From positions 1-64,000 of the IMG/VR virus record IMGVR_UViG_3300035670_000038: a stretch of 64,000 nt of DNA; one strand, written 5' to 3'. The translations under genes and the position numbers were made by a program. Source of the stretch: a virus. This document shows, piece by piece, positions 49,523 through 59,481 of this stretch. Every line of letters starts with the position of its first letter. Position 1 is the stretch's first letter. The notes under the pieces are model-generated. The model was given only the letters and a program-made list of their open reading frames with translations, did no database searches and was not told the origin of the DNA.

Positions 49523-49902
49523 TGGCAATTGAAGAAATTAGAAGTACGTTGGGGATTCGTTCCTTCGTATCTAGAGCAGATTTAACACCAGGTAAAGTTA
49601 TTCAGTTCACATACGATGGTGAACAAAAATACGCACTGGTGTTAAATCCCGAATGGGAAGGTAAACTCCACGCACTTTCTATTAAAGATGTAAATCTTTC
49701 TAAATTTACAGAAATAAGAAAGTTGGTAGGTTCAGATGTTGATGGACAAGTATTATATTCTAAGTTTAGAAATTCAAGTTTAGTCGCGGATAGACCTTAT
49801 CGAACCTATTTATTATCAAAGGTATCTACGTTACGTGAAGTGTTTGTAAAAGAAGAAGTATTAAAGAAAGCTGAAGTAACGGAGAATATGTATGGGGAAT
49901 AA
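49522..49902 (+). CDS. Hypothetical protein (weak resemblance to DNA end-protector gp2 family)
   Basis: PGKVIQFTYD...YRTY pattern. Confidence 0.45.
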   Translation: MAIEEIRSTLGIRSFVSRADLTPGKVIQFTYDGEQKYALVLNPEWEGKLHALSIKDVNLSKFTEIRKLVGSDVDGQVLYSKFRNSSLVADRPYRTYLLSKVSTLREVFVKEEVLKKAEVTENMYGE

Positions 49903-50047
49903 CACATACCAACACCCACTTACCAATCTAAATTACGATAAACCAATAAATTTACAGAAGCTAATACCTAAAAGGGAATGGTGGACTGTTTGGTATTATA
50001 TCTTTACTGGTAAGATGATTGACTTAAAAAAAGAAAACAATAACTAA
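49892..50047 (+). CDS. Hypothetical small protein
   Basis: 51-aa ORF filling the gap; not in track. Confidence 0.35.
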   Translation: MGNNTYQHPLTNLNYDKPINLQKLIPKREWWTVWYYIFTGKMIDLKKENNN

Positions 50048-50066
50048 TATTTAAAGGAAGGGTTAT

Positions 50067-51092
50067 ATGACATACGAAGGTAATGTAAGTAAAAAACCAC
50101 TGAACACAGCGGAGAAAGTCGCTGTGGTTTTCGGTGGTTGTGGTTTTATAGGACACCATCTAGCTCGTAGATTACAACAAGAAGGATATTGGGTCAGAGT
50201 TGCTGACATCAAACCCCCAGAACATTGTGAACTTTCTACTTTCGCAGACGATTTCTATCACGGAGACTTGTCAAATGAAGGTATGACGTACAACGCTCTC
50301 AATCTTGGTAGAACCGATATTGAGGTATATCAACTTGCCGCGGATATGGGTGGTGCACAATATATCTTTAGTGGTGATAATGACGCAAATGTAATGTCAA
50401 ACTCCGCAGCTATCAATCTGAACGTTGTTCGTTCGATGATACGCTTGAAGTTAAAGAAGGTATTCTACTCATCGTCAGCATGTATCTATCCAGAACATAA
50501 CCAGATGGACCCTGACAATCCCAATTGCGAAGAGAGTTCGGCATATCCCGCAAATCCAGATTCGGAATATGGATGGGAGAAATTGTTTAGTGAACGCCTT
50601 TATATGTCATTCAAGAGAAACTATGGTATCGAATGTCGTATTGCACGATTTCATAATATCTACGGACCAGAAGGTACGTGGAGAGGTGGTAAAGAAAAGG
50701 CACCCGCAGCTCTCTGTCGTAAGGTATTGTTTACCCCAAGTGGTCGTTCAATAGAAATGTTTGGAGATGGTAAGCAGACCCGTTCATTCTTATATGTAGA
50801 CGAATGTGTTGAAGGTATTCTTCGATTGATGCGGTCTGATTATTGGAAGCCAGTTAATATTGGTTCGGAAGAAATGATTTCCATCAATGACTTTGCAAAG
50901 ATGATTATGGAAGTTGCTGGTAAGGAACTAGATATTGAACACATTCCAGGCCCACTTGGTGTCCGTGGTCGTTCTTCTGATAATAGACTTGTTCGTGAAG
51001 TATTGGGATGGGAACCAAATGCTCCACTTCGTGAAGGTATAACCAAGACATACAACTGGATTAAGGAAGTTGTAGAGAGTGAAAAGACATGA
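50067..51092 (+). CDS. GDP-mannose 3,5-epimerase-like SDR
   Basis: LAADMGG, YSSSACIYP, YGWEKL, RFHNIYGP.GTW.GGKEKAPAALCRK. Confidence 0.85.
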   Translation: MTYEGNVSKKPLNTAEKVAVVFGGCGFIGHHLARRLQQEGYWVRVADIKPPEHCELSTFADDFYHGDLSNEGMTYNALNLGRTDIEVYQLAADMGGAQYIFSGDNDANVMSNSAAINLNVVRSMIRLKLKKVFYSSSACIYPEHNQMDPDNPNCEESSAYPANPDSEYGWEKLFSERLYMSFKRNYGIECRIARFHNIYGPEGTWRGGKEKAPAALCRKVLFTPSGRSIEMFGDGKQTRSFLYVDECVEGILRLMRSDYWKPVNIGSEEMISINDFAKMIMEVAGKELDIEHIPGPLGVRGRSSDNRLVREVLGWEPNAPLREGITKTYNWIKEVVESEKT

Positions 51093-51925
51093 TTACGCAT
51101 GTTGGGATAGGAAACTCTGGACGATTTGGTAATCAAATATTCCAACTTGCTGCATTGATTGGTATTGCAGAAAAGAACGGATATGATATAAAGATTCCCA
51201 TAGAGAATACTGATAATCCATTTACATTTTTCGATTTGGCAAAACAACAAGCCGAACCAACTGGTATGGAACTTCGTAGACCATTTCTTATCCCAGACGA
51301 ATACTTTTCTCCATTTACTGACATCGCATCTGTGGTCAAGCAACGATATCAAGAACCATTCTTTCACTTCAATGGTGCAACATTAGATATTCCCGACAAT
51401 ACAGATATTGCTGGATTTTTTCAAAGTGAAAAGTATTTCAAACACGCAGAACAAACGGTTCGTGAAGTACTTACATTCCGTCCAGAAATAAGACAACAAG
51501 CTCAAATAGAATTGGCAAAGGTCAAGGACGATGCACCACGAGTGTCTATCCACGTTCGTCGTGGAGATTATGTAGCAAACTCGGCAAATCATACGGTGAC
51601 GGGTATGGAGTATTATGCTGAAGCTATTAGCAAGTTCTTTTCAAATGAATCATATCGATTCGTTGTATTCTCCGATGACCCAGAATGGTGTAAGGAAATG
51701 TTTGAAGGTGGACATATCGTAGACATCAATAACTCATATGTTGAGATGTGTATGATGAGTATGTGCGACCACCATATTATCGCAAATAGTTCATTCAGTT
51801 GGTGGGGAGCATGGTTAAATCCAAACCCAAAGAAGATTGTCACTGCACCCTCACTCTGGTTTGGTCCGAACCTTCGTCATAATAGTATTGTAGACATTCT
51901 ACCTGATGAGTGGTTTTGGATATGA
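51089..51925 (+). CDS. Alpha-1,2-fucosyltransferase family (GT11)
   Basis: GRFGNQIFQ, FQSEKYF, HVRRGDY, FSDD, NSSFSWW. Confidence 0.92.
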   Translation: MITHVGIGNSGRFGNQIFQLAALIGIAEKNGYDIKIPIENTDNPFTFFDLAKQQAEPTGMELRRPFLIPDEYFSPFTDIASVVKQRYQEPFFHFNGATLDIPDNTDIAGFFQSEKYFKHAEQTVREVLTFRPEIRQQAQIELAKVKDDAPRVSIHVRRGDYVANSANHTVTGMEYYAEAISKFFSNESYRFVVFSDDPEWCKEMFEGGHIVDINNSYVEMCMMSMCDHHIIANSSFSWWGAWLNPNPKKIVTAPSLWFGPNLRHNSIVDILPDEWFWI

Positions 51926-52521
51926 GATTAAAAGAATTTTATTATCAAATGGCAGAAGTAGAAGGTATTGGATTTTCTGATAAAGGTGACCGTCATCCAA
52001 CACACAAACACTTTTATATTGACATTTATGATGGAATGTTTTCTGCATGGAAGGATGAACCTGTTAAGTTGATGGAACTTGGTATAGCTTCTGGTGCAAG
52101 TTTATTAATGTGGTCACAGTTCTTTACAAAGGGACATATCCTTGGTCTTGACATCGTAGAACCTGTTCGTAAAGAGTATTTGGAAAAATTACCAAATGTT
52201 GGAATGATTTTTGGTGATGCATACAACAATGATAATGCTAAATACCTCGTAGAAAACTTACCAAAGCAAGACATTTTTATTGAAGATGGTGCACACGATA
52301 TAGATAATCAAATTACAGCACTACTGAAATATAATACACTCGTTAGACCAGGTGGATATTATATTTGCGAAGATTTATATATTGCAAATCTTGCAAGATA
52401 TCTCACCGAAGGTGTCTATCAAATAAACAATAGAAATTTTACAACCACTATATTTGACCAACATCGTCGTATCAATGGTTTGTATGACGATGTTATGGTT
52501 ATCATTCAATTCTTAAATTAA
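51922..52521 (+). CDS. Class I SAM-dependent (sugar O-) methyltransferase
   Basis: SDK, ELGI..GASL..W, EDGAH, PGGYYICED. Confidence 0.8.
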   Translation: MRLKEFYYQMAEVEGIGFSDKGDRHPTHKHFYIDIYDGMFSAWKDEPVKLMELGIASGASLLMWSQFFTKGHILGLDIVEPVRKEYLEKLPNVGMIFGDAYNNDNAKYLVENLPKQDIFIEDGAHDIDNQITALLKYNTLVRPGGYYICEDLYIANLARYLTEGVYQINNRNFTTTIFDQHRRINGLYDDVMVIIQFLN

Positions 52522-52522
52522 T

Positions 52523-53299
52523 ATGAAGATAGCATTGTGTTTATCTGGACAACCACGGGGATTACCTTTATCACTTAAAATGTTAAAGGCAAATCTTGTG
52601 GGTATAGAAAACATGGATATATTCTTACACGCATGGTTTGACCCATCTACAATCGGTCAACCATACGATAGTGCGCAAGCACATCAACAAGGTCGTGTGG
52701 GATTAGTGCATCCACAAACAGAAGAAATGTTATTGGGATTAACCCCAAAAGATTATTTGTTTGAACCACAAAAAGAATTTCCGTTTGCACGAAAGTTTGT
52801 ATCACCACCAGAGGCAAACCAAGAAAGAATGGCAAGTATTTTCTATTCCATCTATACCGCAAATATGTTGAAGAAACGATACGAAATATTGAACGGATTC
52901 GAATACGATTTGGTAATTCGTGCACGATATGATTTGTGGTATGAACAACCTATCGATGTGATGGAATATTGGGAGCAGTCTAGAACACACATTGTTACAG
53001 CTAATAAGTTTCAAGGAATACGAAACGACCCTAATTTTCAGCAGGGTAGTTATACGATGACAGACATCTTTGCATTCTCTACATCAAAAAATATGAACGT
53101 ATTTTGTGATACTTATCCGCACTTCTCGTTTATTCATTCGCAGATTGATATTCCATATGGTGAAAATTATATCGGGTATAGAGTTCGTGTGATGGGTGGA
53201 ATCGAAGCATACTGTGCTCCATTTAATTATGAAATAATGCATCGTGTGGTCAATATAAACAATTTAGAAGAACTGGAAAAACAATATGCCGCGTACTGA
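52523..53299 (+). CDS. Putative glycosyltransferase-like protein
   Basis: KIALCLSGQPR, FLHAW, YDLVIRARYD. Confidence 0.55.
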   Translation: MKIALCLSGQPRGLPLSLKMLKANLVGIENMDIFLHAWFDPSTIGQPYDSAQAHQQGRVGLVHPQTEEMLLGLTPKDYLFEPQKEFPFARKFVSPPEANQERMASIFYSIYTANMLKKRYEILNGFEYDLVIRARYDLWYEQPIDVMEYWEQSRTHIVTANKFQGIRNDPNFQQGSYTMTDIFAFSTSKNMNVFCDTYPHFSFIHSQIDIPYGENYIGYRVRVMGGIEAYCAPFNYEIMHRVVNINNLEELEKQYAAY

Positions 53300-54158
53300 T
53301 TTTACACCAGATAATGTTGAACTCTGGATTTCCAACTGGCGGAGAAAGGAATTGATGGATGGATTCGCACGTCAGTGGTTAAATACATTTGACTTCGAAC
53401 GAGTCAATATTATCACCAATCACTCATCGGTCACTATTGATGACTTCGCAGATGACATCAAACCTCGTGTCAAGATTTGGAACAATGTAATGCGACACGA
53501 CTACGCAATCGGTCCAATGGTTGAGAATTATAATCAGGCATATGTTCATACCTTCCTCGCTGGTAAAAAGTATTGTATAACGGCACATGACAATATGATT
53601 ATCAAGGATGGGTGGGTTGACATTATCAAAGAAACTGATTATGATTTATATATGGCCCCACAAGGTGACCAAGTAACTTTGATGACATTGGAAGGATTAC
53701 GTTTCTTTGGTTGGTGGGATGAACGATATGCAACAAATGGAAACCACGAATTGGATTTCAGTACACGTGCATTACGTAGAGATTTAGGACATAATAGAGC
53801 ATCAATGGTTGATTATCACGCATGGCATAACTGGCCTGATAAGATAGATGTGGAAGGAGAAATTGTAAGTCCAATATGTAGAAATGGACATCCAGAATTC
53901 GGTGATGGGTTTCCATACCTTAGATGGAATGATATAGGACTGGATAAATACTGGACAAGAGCCAGTAAGCATGACGTTCCACAATGTGGACCCAAGACAC
54001 AGAAGTTTGAGAAGTTGACTTGGAACGATAGGAAGTGGAGAGGACAGGCACCAAACACTTTCAAGAATTTCGCAGAAGGACCAGCAGAACCAGAACTTGA
54101 TTGGTATCCGTGGTTAGATATAAATTCACTAGACTTTGACATTTGTAAAATAGTATAA
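53286..54158 (+). CDS. Putative GT-A glycosyltransferase
   Basis: HDN acidic motif, GWWDERY...ELDF; island context. Confidence 0.5.
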   Translation: MPRTDFTPDNVELWISNWRRKELMDGFARQWLNTFDFERVNIITNHSSVTIDDFADDIKPRVKIWNNVMRHDYAIGPMVENYNQAYVHTFLAGKKYCITAHDNMIIKDGWVDIIKETDYDLYMAPQGDQVTLMTLEGLRFFGWWDERYATNGNHELDFSTRALRRDLGHNRASMVDYHAWHNWPDKIDVEGEIVSPICRNGHPEFGDGFPYLRWNDIGLDKYWTRASKHDVPQCGPKTQKFEKLTWNDRKWRGQAPNTFKNFAEGPAEPELDWYPWLDINSLDFDICKIV

Positions 54159-54170
54159 GGGGAAAATTAA

Positions 54171-54806
54171 ATGTTATCACAAAAGATTCAGGCAGCACTC
54201 GAAGATATTCGTAACGGAAAACCAATCATCGTTGTTGACAGTTATGATAGAGAAAATGAAGGTGACTTGATGATTGCCGCAGAGAAGGCAACTCCACAAA
54301 CCTTGGCGTTTATCGCAAAGGAAGCACGTGGAATTATGTGTATTCCTACACCAAAGTTTATGTTGGACCGTTTGGAAATTCCAATGAGTCCATCAAACAA
54401 CAATGACAAGTTTTCTACTCCATTCACAGTTAGTATTGACGCACGTGATGGTGTCACTACTGGCGTAAGTGTTGAAGATCGTATGGTCACGATTGGATTG
54501 GTGTTGGATGAGAACACCAAACCAGAACAACTTGCGTACCCAGGTCACTTATTTCCACTTCGTCCTCGTCCTGGTTTATTAAAAGAACGTCAAGGTCATA
54601 CGGAAGCATCAGTTCAACTTGCGATGATGGCTGGAACGAAACCAGTGGCAATCATCTGTGAGATTATGAATGACGATGGTAGCATGGCTCGTATTCCAGA
54701 CCTCGAACCATATGCAGAGAAGTGGGGACTTAATATGATTTCTATTGATGAAGTCATCGAATACTGTAATGAAACTGGATGGGAACCACCATTTAATGTT
54801 GGGTAA
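54171..54806 (+). CDS. ribB: 3,4-dihydroxy-2-butanone-4-phosphate synthase
   Basis: DRENEGD, FTVSID, TTGVS..DR, PGHLFPL, RQGHTEA, ICEI. Confidence 0.95.
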   Translation: MLSQKIQAALEDIRNGKPIIVVDSYDRENEGDLMIAAEKATPQTLAFIAKEARGIMCIPTPKFMLDRLEIPMSPSNNNDKFSTPFTVSIDARDGVTTGVSVEDRMVTIGLVLDENTKPEQLAYPGHLFPLRPRPGLLKERQGHTEASVQLAMMAGTKPVAIICEIMNDDGSMARIPDLEPYAEKWGLNMISIDEVIEYCNETGWEPPFNVG

Positions 54807-54809
54807 ACA

Positions 54810-55496
54810 ATGCGTGTAGCAGTTGTAACTTCTCCAAGAACAGGTTCTTCGTTTTGTATAAAATTAATATCCGAATTACTAAATCTTGAAAACTATGAAG
54901 AAATTTTAAATGAGCAGTTATATGTTTTTGAAGATGATAGCCACGTTCGTATTAATACCAACATAACAAACGAAAAAATATTGGAGAAATTATTACACAC
55001 AAATGATTATGTTGTAAAAATAATGGCTTCGGAGTTGTTTGAGAGAAATTTTAATGTAAGTGATTTTCCGTGGGATAAGTTTGATTTAATCATACTACTA
55101 GAACGTGACAATATATTCGAGCAAATAACCAGTTGGTATAGTTTAAATTATTGGCAACAACGTGTTACAAATACTACTACCTCCGAATACAACATAAAAG
55201 ATAAATTTCTTAGATATACAATTGAATGCATAAAAAAATATCACATCGTAAAAGATTTGATAATCCAGAATAGAAATAAGTTTGTTGTGATGGAAAAAGA
55301 AAACATAATAAATGATGTATCTGTAATATTCGACACGCAAATCACAGATGATATAATACTTCGTGCAAGAAAAAAATTAGTTCCTGAATGTGATTTGAAC
55401 GATATTGATTACGAAGTAATAATGAGTAATCAAAATATAAAACAAAGAGTATTAAGTATATTGGAGCAAGAATTAAATGGAACGGATAGTAACTAG
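54810..55496 (+). CDS. Sulfotransferase-like protein
   Basis: SPRTGSS, E, LER..FEQITSW. Confidence 0.65.
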   Translation: MRVAVVTSPRTGSSFCIKLISELLNLENYEEILNEQLYVFEDDSHVRINTNITNEKILEKLLHTNDYVVKIMASELFERNFNVSDFPWDKFDLIILLERDNIFEQITSWYSLNYWQQRVTNTTTSEYNIKDKFLRYTIECIKKYHIVKDLIIQNRNKFVVMEKENIINDVSVIFDTQITDDIILRARKKLVPECDLNDIDYEVIMSNQNIKQRVLSILEQELNGTDSN

Positions 55497-56469
55497 AGCA
55501 TACAATAGATTCGAAATAGATGAAACCAGAGGTGTCATTCGTAAGTTGAGTGCTACCCCCCGGCTTCGTGATGAGATACAATATTATGTTAAGTTAGTTA
55601 ATGCCCATCCACGTGAAGCTACGTTCTTCCCAAGATTGTTTCAATGGTCAGCAGAGGGTGAGAATCATTGGATGGATTTGGAAATGTATGATTATCCCAA
55701 CTTAGGTAAATATCTCCTAGCAGAAGATATACTACCTGAATGGTATTCTGTTTTAGATAAACTAAAAAATATTCTTCTACACTGGTCTACAACGCATCCA
55801 TATTCTGTGTGGACAAAGGAAGAAATTCGTCAGGCAGCATTCGATATGTACATCACCAAAACAGAACGAGAACAAAAAGCATTCTATAACGGATGGAAAG
55901 ATAAACTTGATTGCATATTTCTTGACCAGATAAAAAATCATATAATCTATATTAACAAAAAAGAATATAAACCATTTGAAATTATTTGGTTGCAAGTACG
56001 AAAGTACATAGAAGAAAATATGTTGGAGTTTACACCTTCCCTTATCCACGGTGATTGTTGTTTTAGTAATATTCTATATGGTAAGGATAAGAAAATTATA
56101 CGATTTATAGACCCACGTGGTTCTTTCGGTAAAGATGGTATATACGGAGATATTAGATACGATGTGGCAAAATTGTATCACTCTGTGGATGGAACATATG
56201 AATCATTTATTACAGATAAATTTGAAGTATCAAGTAATGGTAATTTACATGATTTGATTCTAACAGGTCATATGTCAAGAATAGAAACCAGTCATGCGTT
56301 GGAAGCTTTTGAAAATACTTTCTTCCCGCAATTTAATAAGAAAGAAATTAAGATATTGCAAGGATGTATTTTTATTGGAATGTGTGCTCGTCACTATGAT
56401 AGTTTAGAAAGACAACACGCAATGTATCTAACCGGAATCCGTTTACTTAATGAGGCTATGGAACTATGA
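55477..56469 (+). CDS. APH/choline-kinase-fold phosphotransferase (capsule-locus type)
   Basis: TRAYN, IHGDCCFSNIL, FIDPRG, GDIRYDVAKL. Confidence 0.8.
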   Translation: MERIVTRAYNRFEIDETRGVIRKLSATPRLRDEIQYYVKLVNAHPREATFFPRLFQWSAEGENHWMDLEMYDYPNLGKYLLAEDILPEWYSVLDKLKNILLHWSTTHPYSVWTKEEIRQAAFDMYITKTEREQKAFYNGWKDKLDCIFLDQIKNHIIYINKKEYKPFEIIWLQVRKYIEENMLEFTPSLIHGDCCFSNILYGKDKKIIRFIDPRGSFGKDGIYGDIRYDVAKLYHSVDGTYESFITDKFEVSSNGNLHDLILTGHMSRIETSHALEAFENTFFPQFNKKEIKILQGCIFIGMCARHYDSLERQHAMYLTGIRLLNEAMEL

Positions 56470-57236
56470 ATATACTAGTATTGATGGCTGGTAGAGGTCA
56501 ACGATTCCGTGATAAAGGATACGATAAGCCAAAACCATTAATCGAAGTTAATGGTAAGACAATTCTTCAATGGACAACCGAATCATGCCCATACATCAGT
56601 CATAATGGTAAGGGACAAGGTGATTATATAAAACTCCACTTTGCAGTTCTCCAAGAGCATTTAGACGAAGGATTGGATAAATTTCTGTATTCCGTTTATG
56701 GTCGTGATATTGAAATTATTCCATTCAAGGAAGTAACCAGAGGTAGTTTAGATACCGCGATGCAAGCAGCATCTCGTATGTGGCATAAAGAATATCCATT
56801 GTTGGTATTAGATTCCGACAACAAATATAATGACAATGGTTTTAAAGATTTTGTTCGTGAAATAGTCTTTAAAAAGAACGCAATGGCAGTGGCATGCTTC
56901 GACAATCCAGACCAATCACTTCCTAATAAGTGGTCAAATGTAGATGTTCGTGAAGGAGTGGCAAAAGGAATTCGTGAAAAAGACGATTCGTGGGTTCATC
57001 ATCCCACAATGATTGGAATATTCTACTTTGGTCAAACTAAGTTCTTTAAGGAATATGCAAAGTTTATTATGGAGTTTCATAAACCAGTAGAGTTTAATGG
57101 GAACGCAGAGTATTATATGAGTATGGTTCCGTCTTATAATATCGGTATAAATACTCCTGTATATGTTCACAAAGTCACCGATGTTGTTCCACTTGGAACA
57201 CCAGAAGATGTTAAAAAGTTTGAGGAATCTATATGA
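56466..57236 (+). CDS. Sugar-phosphate nucleotidyltransferase
   Basis: LMAGRGQRF...PKPLI, DSD, EK, EYY, LGTPED. Confidence 0.85.
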   Translation: MNILVLMAGRGQRFRDKGYDKPKPLIEVNGKTILQWTTESCPYISHNGKGQGDYIKLHFAVLQEHLDEGLDKFLYSVYGRDIEIIPFKEVTRGSLDTAMQAASRMWHKEYPLLVLDSDNKYNDNGFKDFVREIVFKKNAMAVACFDNPDQSLPNKWSNVDVREGVAKGIREKDDSWVHHPTMIGIFYFGQTKFFKEYAKFIMEFHKPVEFNGNAEYYMSMVPSYNIGINTPVYVHKVTDVVPLGTPEDVKKFEESI

Positions 57237-57613
57237 TTTTTTGTTTTGACATTGATGCAACTATCTGTGAAAATAAAACTGGTGATATGACTTACGCAGA
57301 TGTTAAACCATTCCCAGAAGCATTGGAAACATTACGATGGTTACGAGCAGAAGGACACACCATTATTCTTCATACTGCACGACATATGAAAACTGGTGGT
57401 GGAAATCAAGGAAAGGTATTGAAATTACAAGGTAAAGTATTATTTGATTGGCTAGAAAAGTGGGATGTTCCATATGATGAACTTTGGTGGAGTAAACCAC
57501 ACGCCGATTTAACGATAGATGATGCAGTACATAGACACACAGATTGGGCAACCTCAATCTTAGCAATAAAAGATAGAATACGTAAAGGACCAAGAACCGT
57601 GGAGAATCCATAA
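57233..57613 (+). CDS. HAD phosphatase (EcbF/BcbF capsule-biosynthesis type)
   Basis: FDIDATI, HTAR, KP..D..IDD. Confidence 0.85.
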   Translation: MIFCFDIDATICENKTGDMTYADVKPFPEALETLRWLRAEGHTIILHTARHMKTGGGNQGKVLKLQGKVLFDWLEKWDVPYDELWWSKPHADLTIDDAVHRHTDWATSILAIKDRIRKGPRTVENP

Positions 57614-58446
57614 TGTCACAACCAACATTCTTTTTTGACACAGCAGACACCGACTATATCCGTAAGATTTGGGACAAGTTGGGTAAGTATATTGACGGTA
57701 GTTCCGTAATCGGAATAACCACCAACCCAAACGCATTGGCAAAGGTCAATTGCGATACACTTGAAAAGTTTGAAACACTTGTACCACAGATGACTTCACT
57801 TGTTGGAGAACTTCGTGGTGAAGGACCACAAGGATTGGTCTATGTACAAGTTCCAAATTCTACAATGAAGGATGAAGATATTCTTCGTTGGGCAACCTAT
57901 GTGAATGAGTTTAATGGAAACGGTGCAGCAATCGCATTAAAACTTCCTCATTTCAGTTATGTCCTTCGTTTATCTGGTGAACCTGAATTACAAAATCTTT
58001 TCCTAAATGTAACTGGTGTATCGGATGCAAATACAATCATTAAGGCGTTGAGTTACCAGAATGTATTCTTCGCAAGTATTATTCCAGGTCGTATGGAAGA
58101 AGTTGGTATTGATGCAAACGCACATCTCAAATATTTGGCTGACCAACAACTCCAACGTCACCAGAACATAATCGCTGGTAGTATGAGAACAATTGAAGGA
58201 TTGAAGAACTCTATCTTCTATCACACGGTTCCGACCATCGGTAGTCGTGTATGGGATTTGATTGATAAGGAAAATCGTTGGGAAGAATTTGCATCCTATT
58301 GGGAAACCACATATGAAGTCTCAGAAGAACCAAGTGCTGACTACACACCATTGGTTACAGATACGAATCTGGATTTAAGTAAGCAATTCTTTGACCAGAT
58401 GGATAAGTTGGGTGAATCACTTCATACGGAGTTTATGTCCAGATGA
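57613..58446 (+). CDS. Transaldolase/fructose-6-phosphate aldolase-like protein
   Basis: FFDTAD, GITTNP, LKLP (Schiff-base Lys), NVT, GR, AGSMR. Confidence 0.75.
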   Translation: MSQPTFFFDTADTDYIRKIWDKLGKYIDGSSVIGITTNPNALAKVNCDTLEKFETLVPQMTSLVGELRGEGPQGLVYVQVPNSTMKDEDILRWATYVNEFNGNGAAIALKLPHFSYVLRLSGEPELQNLFLNVTGVSDANTIIKALSYQNVFFASIIPGRMEEVGIDANAHLKYLADQQLQRHQNIIAGSMRTIEGLKNSIFYHTVPTIGSRVWDLIDKENRWEEFASYWETTYEVSEEPSADYTPLVTDTNLDLSKQFFDQMDKLGESLHTEFMSR

Positions 58447-59162
58447 ACATAATCATCCCAATGGCAGGTGAGGGGACTCGTGTAAAAAGCACAGTTCCCA
58501 AACCACTTGTCGAGGTTATTAGTGGAAAACCAATGATTGAGATGGCATTGGAATCATTAAACATTGATGGACATTATTGTTTTATTGTTCGTCGTTATAA
58601 CAATCAAGATTGGAATGTCGCACTTCGTGAAGCAATCCACAAAACGGTAGGAAATGCGGTGATTGTGGAAATCGACTATCTAACAAAAGGACCAGCGATT
58701 TCTGCATTACATGCACCAAATCTTTTCTTTAATGATGAAGATTTATTGGTTACCAACTGTGACCAGATAATGCATTGGGATGCAGACAAGTTTATCGACT
58801 TCACCAAGACAACAGATGCGGATGGTGCTGTGGTCACATATGAAACACAAACACCAAAGAATAGTTACGCAAGAGTTATATCGGACGAAGAACATCCTGA
58901 ATTTGATATTATAAAAGAAAAGGAAGTTATTAGTAAATATTCATTAAATGGTATTCATTGGTGGAAGCATGGAAAGAACTTTGCAAAATCAGTGGTGAAG
59001 ATGATGGAAAGTAAAGACACAGTAAATGGTGAATACTACGTTGGTCCATCATACAATTATTTAGATGGTACTAAGAGAGTTTACAATATAGATTCATCAG
59101 AACATTTTGCTGTTGGAACTCTGGAAGATATTGAACGATATAGGGTGATTTATGGACGTTAA
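58443..59162 (+). CDS. Second sugar-phosphate nucleotidyltransferase
   Basis: PMAGEGTR...PKPL, NCDQ, EK, NGEYYV.P.YN, GT.ED. Confidence 0.85.
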   Translation: MNIIIPMAGEGTRVKSTVPKPLVEVISGKPMIEMALESLNIDGHYCFIVRRYNNQDWNVALREAIHKTVGNAVIVEIDYLTKGPAISALHAPNLFFNDEDLLVTNCDQIMHWDADKFIDFTKTTDADGAVVTYETQTPKNSYARVISDEEHPEFDIIKEKEVISKYSLNGIHWWKHGKNFAKSVVKMMESKDTVNGEYYVGPSYNYLDGTKRVYNIDSSEHFAVGTLEDIERYRVIYGR

Positions 59163-59478
59163 ACGTATTGAGAATATGAAGGGTGGATGGTTTATTGGGG
59201 ACTTCGACCCTGCCGTTTTACGAACCCACGACTTTGAAGTAGGGTATAAGTTTCATCCAAAAGGTGAGAAGTGGGACAAACACTATCACAAACGAGCAGT
59301 CGAGATTACATATCTGATTCGTGGCAAGATGCAAATACAGGATAGGATATTGACTTCTGGTGATATATTCACTATACTTCCGTATGAAGTTGCAGACCCA
59401 ATTTTCTTAGAAGATTGTGAAGTAGTAATAGTAAAAAGCCCATCCGTTGTGGGTGACAAATATACTATAGAGGAATAA
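59152..59478 (+). CDS. Small cupin protein
   Basis: GWFIGDF.P, HYH....E, GD, K.PS..GDKY. Confidence 0.75.
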   Translation: MDVKRIENMKGGWFIGDFDPAVLRTHDFEVGYKFHPKGEKWDKHYHKRAVEITYLIRGKMQIQDRILTSGDIFTILPYEVADPIFLEDCEVVIVKSPSVVGDKYTIEE

Positions 59479-59481
59479 GTT

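Noticed and set aside
54136-54165. sigma70 promoter upstream of ribB
   Set aside because: TTGACA is present but there is no -10 hexamer at 16-18 nt spacing
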